Notes under the pieces: generated by a model
What the model was told of the DNA's origin: nothing
Databases searched by the model: none
Seen by the model: the letters and a program-made list of their open reading frames with translations, nothing else
NCBI GenBank assembly: GCA_903873905.1
Contig: CAIQQJ010000043.1
Span: 4,426 to 68,425, forward strand
From: an uncultured Flavobacteriales bacterium
Lineage (GTDB): Bacteria > Bacteroidota > Bacteroidia > Palsa-965
Direction of reading: 5' to 3'
Length of the DNA stretch: 64,000 nucleotides
In this document: in pieces, positions 55,457-63,707 of the stretch
Numbering within the stretch: position 1 is the first letter of the stretch
Layout: every line of letters starts with the position of its first letter
Position numbers and translations under genes: made by a program

Positions 55457-56707
55457 ATGAAACACAATTTTTCTCCTGAAAGTTTAATGATGTCTTACGG
55501 CTACAAGCCAGAACTTTCCGAAGGCGCTCTTAAGTGTCCGATTTTTCAGACTTCAACATTTGTTTTCAAAAATGCAGAGGAAGGCAAAGCCTTTTTCGAA
55601 GTCGCTTACGGATTACGTGAGAAAAAAGTAAACGAAGAATTGGGATTGATTTACAGTCGCATCAATAATCCTGATTTGGAAATTTTGGAAAACCGTTTGT
55701 GTTTGTGGGATGGTGCTGAAGATTGTGCTGTTTTTGAAAGCGGAATGTCGGCCATTACAACTATGTTGTTGGAATTTCTCAAACCTGGAGACTTGCTTTT
55801 ATACAGCACACCTTTATATGGAGGAACCGATCATTTCATTCATGATTTTTTGAAAAAAATCGGTGTGCATGCAATTGGTTTTAAACCTTGGCAGACAAAA
55901 GAGGAAATTATTCAGCTCATGACAAAAGCGAATCTCCAAAATAATCTTGCATTATTTTTCATTGAAACACCTGCCAATCCAACCAACGCTCTCATTGACA
56001 TTTCTGTTTGCAAAGAAATTGCAGATCAATTCAGCACCAAAGAAAAACAGGTTTATGTTGCGGTCGACAACACCTATATGGGACCACTTTGGCAACATCC
56101 ACTCAAGAACGGAGGAGATTTGGTTTTGTATTCCGCAACAAAATATATCGGTGGACACAGTGACGTAATTGCAGGAGCGTGTTTGGGGAACAAGGAATTA
56201 ATGACAAGAGTAAAAACACTCAGAACATTTCTTGGAAACATGGCAGGTCCTTGGACAGGTTGGTTGTTACTTCGAAGTTTGGAAACTTTGAAAGTAAGAA
56301 TGGATCAACAAGCTGAAAATGCAAAACACGTTGCGGAATTTTTACGCACTCATCCGAAAATTGAAAAAGTATATTATTTGGGATTTATTCCAGAAAATTC
56401 TGAAGAATATAAAATTTATAAAAAACAATATTCCTCCGCAGGTGCCATGCTTTCCTTCGATGTGAAAGGTGGAGAAAAAGAAGCATTCGCTTTTTTGAAT
56501 GCACTTAAAATGATAAAACTTGCAGTGAGTTTAGGTGGAACAGAAAGTTTGGCTGAACATCCTATTACTATGACGCATGCAGGTGTGGAACCTGAACACA
56601 GAAAGGAAATGCACATCACCGAAAAACTAGTTCGTATTTCTGTAGGTGTAGAAAATTTTAAAGATATCATTTGGGATATTGAGCAAGCTTTGGAAAAAAT
56701 TGTTTAG
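55457..56707 (+). CDS. methionine gamma-lyase / Cys-Met-metabolism PLP enzyme
   Basis: 416 aa from MKHNFSPESLMMSYGY. 'IFQTSTFVF', 'YSRINNPD' and 'YSATKYIGGHSDVIAG' (PLP Lys). The track ORF starts at an upstream TTG (55316) that I consider non-coding. Confidence 0.85.
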   Translation: MKHNFSPESLMMSYGYKPELSEGALKCPIFQTSTFVFKNAEEGKAFFEVAYGLREKKVNEELGLIYSRINNPDLEILENRLCLWDGAEDCAVFESGMSAITTMLLEFLKPGDLLLYSTPLYGGTDHFIHDFLKKIGVHAIGFKPWQTKEEIIQLMTKANLQNNLALFFIETPANPTNALIDISVCKEIADQFSTKEKQVYVAVDNTYMGPLWQHPLKNGGDLVLYSATKYIGGHSDVIAGACLGNKELMTRVKTLRTFLGNMAGPWTGWLLLRSLETLKVRMDQQAENAKHVAEFLRTHPKIEKVYYLGFIPENSEEYKIYKKQYSSAGAMLSFDVKGGEKEAFAFLNALKMIKLAVSLGGTESLAEHPITMTHAGVEPEHRKEMHITEKLVRISVGVENFKDIIWDIEQALEKIV

Positions 56708-56744
56708 AAATTCTCTGTACTTTTCAGTAATAATTCCAAAAAAC

Positions 56745-56819
56745 GGGATGTTAGCTCAGCTGGTTTAGAGCGCTACCTCGACAAGGTAGAGGTCACTGGT
56801 TCGAACCCAGTACGTCCCA
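56745..56819 (+). tRNA. tRNA-Val (anticodon GAC), no encoded CCA, unusual C at position 33
   Basis: GGGATGTTAGCTCAGCTGGTTTAGAGCGCTACCTCGACAAGGTAGAGGTCACTGGTTCGAACCCAGTACGTCCCA. Cloverleaf with CTACC/GGTAG anticodon stem and loop TCGACAA. Confidence 0.85.
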
Positions 56820-56828
56820 CTACCTCTA

Positions 56829-56856
56829 AAGCCCTTAATAATTGAGGGCTTTTTTA
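56829..56856 (+). terminator. intrinsic terminator after tRNA-Val(GAC)
   Basis: AAGCCCT-(9 nt)-AGGGCTT followed by a T-run. Confidence 0.65.
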
Positions 56857-56901
56857 TTTATCTCTTGGGGAATAGAACTTTTACCTTAACAGCTACATTA
56901 T

Positions 56902-56946
56902 AGCTATGGAATTATTTGGAATCCGATTCCATATAATTCCATAGCT
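56902..56946. promoter_or_regulatory. 45-nt near-perfect palindrome ending 8 nt before the ATPase start codon (operator / recombination site candidate)
   Basis: AGCTATGGAATTATTTGGAATC-C-GATTCCATATAATTCCATAGCT. 21 of 22 positions pair around the centre at 56924. Confidence 0.45.
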
Positions 56947-56953
56947 TTGTTTT

Positions 56954-58114
56954 ATGATTCAACGTATTGCAAAAGATAAATTAAAAGATTTAGCCTCCAA
57001 ATTCAAGGCAGTGGCAGTAACGGGCGCCAGACAAACTGGTAAAACAACGTTAGTCAAACAAGTATTTAAAGGCAAACCTTACCTTTCCTTAGAAAATCCC
57101 GATACACGTAACTTTGCTTTAGAAGACCCTCGTGGATTTTTAGATTCATACCCTAATGGAGCGATTTTAGATGAAGTGCAACGTGCTCCAATTTTGTTTT
57201 CATACTTGCAAGAAATATTGGATAATTCTAAAACGAAAGGTTTATTTATACTTTCAGGTTCAAACAATTTTTTATTGCAACAATCGATTTCTCAAACACT
57301 TGCTGGAAGAGTTGGGTATATTAATTTACTTCCATTTTCTATCACTGAATTAACGAAGGCGAAACTATTGCCGACTGACGATGATAGCCTTATGCTTAAA
57401 GGATTTTATCCGCCAATTTATGATCAAAATATTCCACCTGAAGATTGGTGTCCAAATTATATTCGAACATATATTGAAAAAGATGTTAGACAAATAAAAA
57501 ACATAACAGATCTTATTGTTTTTGAACGATTCATAAAGTTACTAGCGGGTCGATCGAGCCAGGAACTAAACAATAGTGCTTTAGCCGTAGAAACGGGAGT
57601 AGATGTTAAAACAATTCAGTCCTGGATAGGGATTTTAGAAAGTAGTTTTATAATTTATCTTCTGAAACCTCATTTTAAAAATTTCAATAAAACGATTGTT
57701 AAAAGGCCGAAAGTTTATTTTTATGATACGGCTTTAGTTTGCTATTTGTTAGGAATTCGAAATGTTACGCAACTCAAAACTCATCCTTTGAGAGGTTCAA
57801 TTTTTGAAAGCATGGTAGTAACAGAATTGGTAAAGAAGAGAACAAATGCTGGTTTGCCAATTAATCTTTACTATTGGAGAGATAAAACAGGACACGAAAT
57901 TGATGTGATAATTGATAACGGAAGTAAGTTATTACCAATAGAAATTAAATCCGGAAAGACTTTTAATACTGAATTCTTTAAAAACATTAATTATTGGTGC
58001 AATTTAAGTGGAAATGAAAAAGCTATTTTGCTGTATGCTGGTGATCAAAACCAGAAAAGAAGCAATGGCAAGGAAATATTAAATTGGAAAAAGATTGTTT
58101 CTCGTGAATTATAA
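56954..58114 (+). CDS. AAA+ ATPase with DUF4143 (AAA_14/DUF4143 family)
   Basis: 386 aa. 'VTGARQTGKTTL' P-loop. The layout and length fit this widespread, uncharacterised family. Confidence 0.8.
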   Translation: MIQRIAKDKLKDLASKFKAVAVTGARQTGKTTLVKQVFKGKPYLSLENPDTRNFALEDPRGFLDSYPNGAILDEVQRAPILFSYLQEILDNSKTKGLFILSGSNNFLLQQSISQTLAGRVGYINLLPFSITELTKAKLLPTDDDSLMLKGFYPPIYDQNIPPEDWCPNYIRTYIEKDVRQIKNITDLIVFERFIKLLAGRSSQELNNSALAVETGVDVKTIQSWIGILESSFIIYLLKPHFKNFNKTIVKRPKVYFYDTALVCYLLGIRNVTQLKTHPLRGSIFESMVVTELVKKRTNAGLPINLYYWRDKTGHEIDVIIDNGSKLLPIEIKSGKTFNTEFFKNINYWCNLSGNEKAILLYAGDQNQKRSNGKEILNWKKIVSREL

Positions 58115-58223
58115 AAAAACGGAAATTATTACTCGGGTGATAAACAATATTTCAAAGTACCTAAGACCTTCAAGTCTAGTAAAAAAAAGGTCGAAAATTC
58201 TTCAGTAAACTCCACTCTACTGG

Positions 58224-58257
58224 GAAGCACGTCAGAAATGATGTGCTTCTTTTTTTT
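58224..58257 (+). terminator. intrinsic terminator
   Basis: GAAGCAC-(12 nt)-GTGCTTC followed by T8. Confidence 0.6.
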
Positions 58258-58291
58258 GTCCCTTCCAGAAGTTTTGTTATTCCTGCACGAA

Positions 58292-58918
58292 TTACTTAAT
58301 ATTTAGAAGTATTGATGAAGTACTACTAATAATCAATTGTATTCCTATTGACAAAACAATAAACCCCATAATTTTTGACATGGCTTTTAAGCCTGCTTGT
58401 CCCATTGCTAATAGTATTTTTGGTGCTAACATCAGCACTAAAAAAATAGTAATGCTTGCGAGCAATATCGATAATATAGCCATAGAAGTTGGCGCAAAAT
58501 TATAATTTGTCTGTGTCGACAGATTTATTAATAATGAAATTGAGCCTGGCCCTGATAGCAAGGGCATAGCTAAGGGTGTAAATGAAATGTCTTCTTTATG
58601 TAAAGACTCTGTTTGTATTTTCTTGCCCACATCTTTTTTATGTTTGGCGTTTAATAATTGAAAACCTGAACGACTAATGATTATTCCACCAGCAATTTTT
58701 AAAGCATTAATGGAGATGCCAAAAAAATCCAAGATAAAATTGCCGATTAAAAAGGACACGACACATATGACAAAAACATTTACCGATGTTTTAATAATTT
58801 GCTTTCGTACCCACTCTTTTTGATGATTAGCAGTGAGCGATAAAAAAACAGGTATTGCGCCTATTGGATTAATTAAAGAAACCAAAGACACGTAATTACT
58901 TAACAAAAATGAGAACAT
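58292..58918 (-). CDS. MarC-family (UPF0056) integral membrane protein
   Basis: 208 aa. 'LINPIGAIPVFLSLT' N-terminal motif and 6 TM helices. Confidence 0.8.
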   Translation of the reverse strand: MFSFLLSNYVSLVSLINPIGAIPVFLSLTANHQKEWVRKQIIKTSVNVFVICVVSFLIGNFILDFFGISINALKIAGGIIISRSGFQLLNAKHKKDVGKKIQTESLHKEDISFTPLAMPLLSGPGSISLLINLSTQTNYNFAPTSMAILSILLASITIFLVLMLAPKILLAMGQAGLKAMSKIMGFIVLSIGIQLIISSTSSILLNIK

Positions 58919-59439
58919 TTATATATTGTTTTTTGAGTTTATGTCAATAAAAAAATACTCCGCTTAACAATTCAACCAATTTTTACAAAGATGCGGTTGC
59001 AATCTTACCTCGGCATGAATAGATTGTTAGATCTGAACTTAGAATTCACATTCTGTCTTTAACAGGAACGCTGTACACTATTCACATGACCACCAAATTG
59101 GAAGAGGCCGCAATTAGAACAACAGATAGTATTAACGTATTCCATAAAAAAACCTTTTCCCATTTTTTGGAATATCTTATTTTTTGAAACCTTCTATTGT
59201 CCTGACTATCCGCTATTGTTTAATTTTTTGCCCTATTATTAAAACGGCGTAGATATCTCCTTTTGCAAGGTGAAGGGCAATAAAAGAAACTTGGAAGAAA
59301 TAATTCAATATTGTTCATCTAGAAATTCATAATTTGCTAAATAAAAGATGAGGTGATCTGGTTATAATGAAATTGGACAAAAAGCTTTCACAAAAACATT
59401 AATAGCTAATCACGAAGGAAAATTTTAAAGAAAAAAAAC

Positions 59440-60627
59440 ATGAGCGATGAATTAAATCACTTGAAAGAAAGAATTGATGAACTTGAAAAAGAAAACGCTA
59501 TTCTTAAAATTCAGCTCACGGAAAGTTTGAATTCAAAAGAATTGTGTGTGAGAATTTTCGAAGATTTTCCTGTCTTAATATGGCGAGCTCGCTTAGATAA
59601 GTTATGTGATTATTTTAATAAAAAATGGTTGGAGTTTACAGGAAGAACCATGGAACAAGAAGTTGGAAATGGTTGGACTGAAGGAGTTCATCCAGACGAT
59701 TTCGATGCCTGCTTAAATACATATGTTACTTCATTTGATAAAAGAGAATCGTTTGTAATGGAATATCGCTTGAAAAATAATTTAGTCGAATACCGGTGGA
59801 TACTGGATTATGGTCAACCCTTCTATGACCTTGACAATACCTTTCTAGGTTATATTGGTGCTTGTTTTGATATCACTGAAATTGAAAACGCAAAATCAAT
59901 TATTAAAGAGCAAAACAAAGAATTGCAAAAGTTGAATTCAACTAAGAATTTATTTATTTCTATTCTTGGACATGATTTAAGAGATCCATTCAATTCGCTT
60001 TTAGTTTTATCCAATTTATTAAAGGACAATTTGCGTAATTACGATATTGATAAAATTGAAACTTTTGTAAAAAACATTAATGAAGTATCAATCAGCACAT
60101 TTAATTTACTTGAAGAATTATTATTGTGGGTAAAAACTCAAACTGGCCAATTAATTTTCGAACCTCAGGAATTAAATTTATCTGAAATTTGCAATGAAAT
60201 TTTAGGTTTGCTTGATTTGAGTATAAATAAAAAAAACATTCTAATAATAAAAATATTTCCACTAGACCTAGTTTTCTATGGTGACAAGAATATGGTAAAA
60301 TTTATCATTAGAGATATCGTTTCTAATGCTATAAAATTTACAAATCCTGGTGGGCAAATAACTATTGCAGCTCAACAAAAAAATGAAAATGTTGAAATCT
60401 CAATTGAAGACAATGGAGTTGGCATGACTGCAATTCAAAAACAAAAGCTATTTGACATTTCAAAAATGCAATCAACTTTGGGAACTAAGAAAGAAGTTGG
60501 AACAGGATTAGGATTAATAATCTGTAAAGAATTTATTGATAAGCACAGCGGAAAAATTGGGGTTGAGTCTGAAAAAGAAAAAGGCACTATTTTCAAGTTT
60601 TCTTTGCCATCTAAAGTTGAGGAATAA
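59440..60627 (+). CDS. cytoplasmic PAS-domain sensor histidine kinase (orphan)
   Basis: 395 aa. Coiled-coil N-terminus, PAS ('WLEFTGRTMEQEVGNGWTEGVHPDD'), HisKA H-box 'ILGHDLRDPFNS', HATPase 'DNGVGM...GTGLGL'. No response regulator gene nearby. Confidence 0.85.
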   Translation: MSDELNHLKERIDELEKENAILKIQLTESLNSKELCVRIFEDFPVLIWRARLDKLCDYFNKKWLEFTGRTMEQEVGNGWTEGVHPDDFDACLNTYVTSFDKRESFVMEYRLKNNLVEYRWILDYGQPFYDLDNTFLGYIGACFDITEIENAKSIIKEQNKELQKLNSTKNLFISILGHDLRDPFNSLLVLSNLLKDNLRNYDIDKIETFVKNINEVSISTFNLLEELLLWVKTQTGQLIFEPQELNLSEICNEILGLLDLSINKKNILIIKIFPLDLVFYGDKNMVKFIIRDIVSNAIKFTNPGGQITIAAQQKNENVEISIEDNGVGMTAIQKQKLFDISKMQSTLGTKKEVGTGLGLIICKEFIDKHSGKIGVESEKEKGTIFKFSLPSKVEE

Positions 60628-60684
60628 AAAACAATTTCGTCCAGCATTAAAAAAAATAGAAATTTAGAATTCACTCTCAAAATT

Positions 60685-61821
60685 CTATTGAAGCTTTACG
60701 ATGTTCATGCTAGCACTCGTGGATCCTACTTGACTGTTGATTGATACAGTTGAATTGGAAATGTTTACTACTTGTATTATGTCATTTGCAGCTGCATTAA
60801 TGATGGTTACAAATGTTGCGATTGTAGTGCTGTTCACGATTGAAAAAGCTCCTCCGGGTGTCAAAACCCCATTTTGATAAATACCAAATTTGAAAGTGCC
60901 AGAAGAAGCATCAGAGAGAGAGCAGGAAATTAAATACGTTCCCGATGAGGATAATGTAAATGTAGTTCCACCTGAAAATGTTATTCCTTGAGAAATGTCG
61001 GAGTTAAAATTTACATAACCACCAGTGAGTATTGACTGTGCTCCTGTGTTCATATAAGCTCTACAAAATTGAGATGATAAATTTCCTGTCACACCTGTTG
61101 CTCCCGTAGCTCCTGTTGCACCATTTATTCCTGTAGCACCTGTAGGTCCAGTCAAACCAATATTTCCTTGAGGACCTGTTGGTCCTGCAAAACCTGTGGC
61201 TCCAACATTTCCTGTTGCACCTGTTAATCCTGTTGGTCCTACATTTCCTGTAGCTCCTGTTAATCCTGTGGCTCCAACATTTCCTGTTGCGCCAGTTGCT
61301 CCGGTTAATCCTACAGCTCCAACATTTCCTGTTGCGCCAGTAACTCCGGTCAAACCTGTAGCTCCAACATTTCCTGTTGCACCAATTGCTCCGGTTAATC
61401 CTGTTGGTCCTTGAATAGAACTCCCAGAAGTTTCAGCATACAATGCGTAAGGAACAGAAATAAGTTGTGTTGTACCAGCGGAGACATATGAATTTCCTCC
61501 GGTAATATCCATTCCCACCTCAAGAAAATATGAATTTGTTCCCCAACTTATTGTAGAAAAATTTCCTGTTACAGGAGTTCCCATTCCGATTTTTACTGTG
61601 TACAATCCGAATTGATTTGTTGTGGGTGAAAAAGTTTCCTGATACACTATTGGGCCAATAGTCGATCCACCATGAATGGTCAATTCCAATCCGAGCAAAT
61701 GTGACATCAATGGATTCCCAGAACCATCACGTGCAATTCCTTGGTAATTTATTGCTTGTGGTGCTTGCGCGAAAACAGAAATTGCAACAAGCAAGAAGGA
61801 GATTGTAAAAACTCTTTTCAT
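60685..61821 (-). CDS. secreted collagen-like (G-X-Y) protein with globular N- and C-terminal domains
   Basis: 378 aa. Signal peptide. N-terminal domain '[15 protein letters not shown]...SVPYALYAE'. About 36 uninterrupted G-X-Y triplets (mostly G-x-T). A ~130-aa beta-rich C-terminal domain. Confidence 0.85.
   Translation of the reverse strand: MKRVFTISFLLVAISVFAQAPQAINYQGIARDGSGNPLMSHLLGLELTIHGGSTIGPIVYQETFSPTTNQFGLYTVKIGMGTPVTGNFSTISWGTNSYFLEVGMDITGGNSYVSAGTTQLISVPYALYAETSGSSIQGPTGLTGAIGATGNVGATGLTGVTGATGNVGAVGLTGATGATGNVGATGLTGATGNVGPTGLTGATGNVGATGFAGPTGPQGNIGLTGPTGATGINGATGATGATGVTGNLSSQFCRAYMNTGAQSILTGGYVNFNSDISQGITFSGGTTFTLSSSGTYLISCSLSDASSGTFKFGIYQNGVLTPGGAFSIVNSTTIATFVTIINAAANDIIQVVNISNSTVSINSQVGSTSASMNIVKLQ
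61084..61410. repeat. in-frame tandem repeats encoding the G-X-Y tract
   Basis: Recurrent 'gctccaacatttcctgttgc' units at irregular multiples of 9 nt. They also create a mirror ORF on the plus strand (61196..61414). Confidence 0.8.
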
Positions 61822-61845
61822 GATTCTATCTAGTTAATGTGCTAT

Positions 61846-61907
61846 TTGAAATTTGATTGGAAAGTTTTTATATGATGCAATATAAAAACTTTCCCTTCAA
61901 ATTTCAA
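61846..61907. repeat. 62-nt inverted repeat (28-nt arms, 6-nt loop) 25 nt upstream of the collagen-like gene
   Basis: TTGAAATTTGATTGGAAAGTTTTTATAT-GATGCA-ATATAAAAACTTTCCCTTCAAATTTCAA. 26 of 28 arm positions pair. No flanking U-run on either strand. Confidence 0.6.
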
Positions 61908-62440
61908 TCCGCATTATTATCAAAAAGTGGTGCAAGGAAATAACATTTATTTAATGCTTCCCGTCGCTTCAATGGCATTTACATGCCTTTTTAGCAATAA
62001 ATCTTGAAAAAGATCAAAATCTCAACATTGCTTAAAAAAATAAAAAACATTTTCAGGTGATTATTCATTACAAAAAATAACCCAAAAAGCACATTGACAA
62101 TTGTCGCTTTTTGCAAATTTTTTTTTTAGACAATACCATTTTTCATTACCACTTGTCGGTTCTTTCCTACAAGTTATCGGTTTTTGAACACAAACCATCG
62201 AACAGAAAAAAAGAAATTCTTAAATGAAAGACATTTGCGCCGCAAACATTTTTGTCTGGTCATTTTTGACTGAAAAGTCATGGAGGCTTTCAAAACAATA
62301 TTAACAAAAACACGAACAACCTTACAGGTGTATGACAACCTGTGAGATTGTTATAACTATGAACAGAGAGGATAATACTTTTGAAATGTATTATCAGAAG
62401 AATCGTCCACTCTTTAAACCCTTGATTAATACTAAATCCT

Positions 62441-63252
62441 ATGTTTACCTTCTCCATTCACTTGGCCCTGCTAATTATTGCAGGAAACAACGCTTCTCAA
62501 AACCAAGTTGCTGATTTTAATTTAAGCAAAAACCAGTCAGCTTTAATTGCACAAAAATCCTTATCACTATTAGCAGAAAAAAAACAGCATTCAATAAGCT
62601 ATTTTTCGCTTGAGCCAGATATGGTTTTGTCTGTGTCTACTTCCAATTCTAAAAAGCTTCTTTTTGTTTCTTTCAACGCAAATGAAGGAAGCGATGGCAC
62701 CATGCGAATTTTCGTTTCCCAGTTGCCAATAAAAAAGTTGGTGATGAAATCAGCTACACCATCACATTTGAAAAATCCGGCTATCTCACACAAACAAAAA
62801 CCATTACTGAAACAGTAAAGAATTCAGAAGAGATTGTTGTTTCAGAAACACTCGACCCTATTTCTGTTGGGATGGATCTTTCCAAAATAATTCAGATCAA
62901 TCCAATTTATTTTGATGTGAATAAATTCAACATTCGAACCGATGCAGCAAAAGAACTCGACAAAATTGTGAATGTCCTAAATGAAAATCCCACAATGATA
63001 ATAGAGCTTGGTTCCCATACGGATTGCCGCGGCACTGCAACAGCAAATTTGACATTATCGGAAAAACGCGCAAAAGCATCCGCCGATTATGTAAAAAAAC
63101 GCATTAGCAATCCTGAGCGTATTTATGGAAAAGGTTATGGTGAAACACAACTTCTTAATGGATGCAATTGTGAAGGAACTGTAAAATCAGATTGCACAGA
63201 AGAAGAGCATCAGAAAAACAGAAGAACCGAATTCAAGATTATCAAAATGTAA
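62441..63252 (+). pseudogene. OmpA-family protein split by a frameshift (or an assembly error)
   Basis: ORF 62441..62818 supplies the signal peptide. The OmpA_C frame ('IYFDVNKFNIR...LGSHTDCRG...LSEKRA...NRRTEFKI') is open upstream of its ATG back to 62686, reading 'ANFRFPVANKKVGDEISYTITFEKSGYLTQTKTIT', a typical pre-OmpA beta-sandwich. Both frames are open over 62686-62818. Confidence 0.45.
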
Positions 63253-63707
63253 TTTGAAAAGAGTGCAAGTAACACTTAATGAAAATAAACATTTCGTATT
63301 ACCTCGAAAAAACTAGTTACAATATTGAATGTCTTGATTATTGGATAATAATTTCATACGACAAGAACAGCTAGGTGCTTTTTGGAACTCATTTTGATTT
63401 CTATCTTTCTAAGTGAGAATTGAGTTTCAGTGATTTTACTTTTCCCCAAGAATAGTATTGGTGTGAAAAAGTTGATGCTAATCAGCAAAATGTATTTCCT
63501 AAAAATCTTATTCCAACAGGGTCTTACTGCTGTAAGGTTTACTGCATTTATGTAATAAATAAATAATAATAATTTATTTGTTTTGAAGCAGAATCGCAAT
63601 GGATTTTAAGAAATTATATTCAAACAATAAACAAACAGCCTATGACCCCCTTTTACTCCAATCCTGATTTGTGGAATTTCGAAAAAGCGAAAACACAACA
63701 TAGAAAA

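Noticed and set aside
55285-56846. A ~17-nt direct repeat, AAGCC(C)TTAATAATTGAG, at 55285-55301 and 56829-56846, flanking the lyase gene plus tRNA-Val(GAC). It could be read as att-like target duplications.
   Set aside because: The match is short, AT-rich and carries an indel, so matches of this size are expected by chance in 64 kb. The right copy is simply the tRNA terminator stem-loop. There is no recombinase nearby.
61084-61410. Regular short repeats that could be mistaken for a CRISPR array, plus the plus-strand 'PV/APT' ORF 61196..61414.
   Set aside because: The repeats are in-frame multiples of 9 nt encoding G-X-Y triplets inside a long minus-strand ORF. There are no unique spacers. 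The plus-strand ORF is just the mirror image of the repeat tract.
62332-62514. The 60-aa ORF upstream of, and overlapping, the OmpA-family gene.
   Set aside because: No signal, motif or coding texture, and it overlaps the better-supported signal-peptide ORF starting at 62441.
981-63599. Dozens of 60-140-aa ORFs in the track that lie antisense to, or out of frame within, the long genes. Examples: 6135..6554, 7122..7487, 14728..15045, 17230..17577, 27046..27342, 33850..34476, 45496..45906 and 63354..63599.
   Set aside because: They are fully nested in much longer ORFs with clear family signatures. They have odd composition (Cys/His/Phe-rich or low complexity) and no recognisable motifs. This is typical shadow-ORF background in an AT-rich genome.
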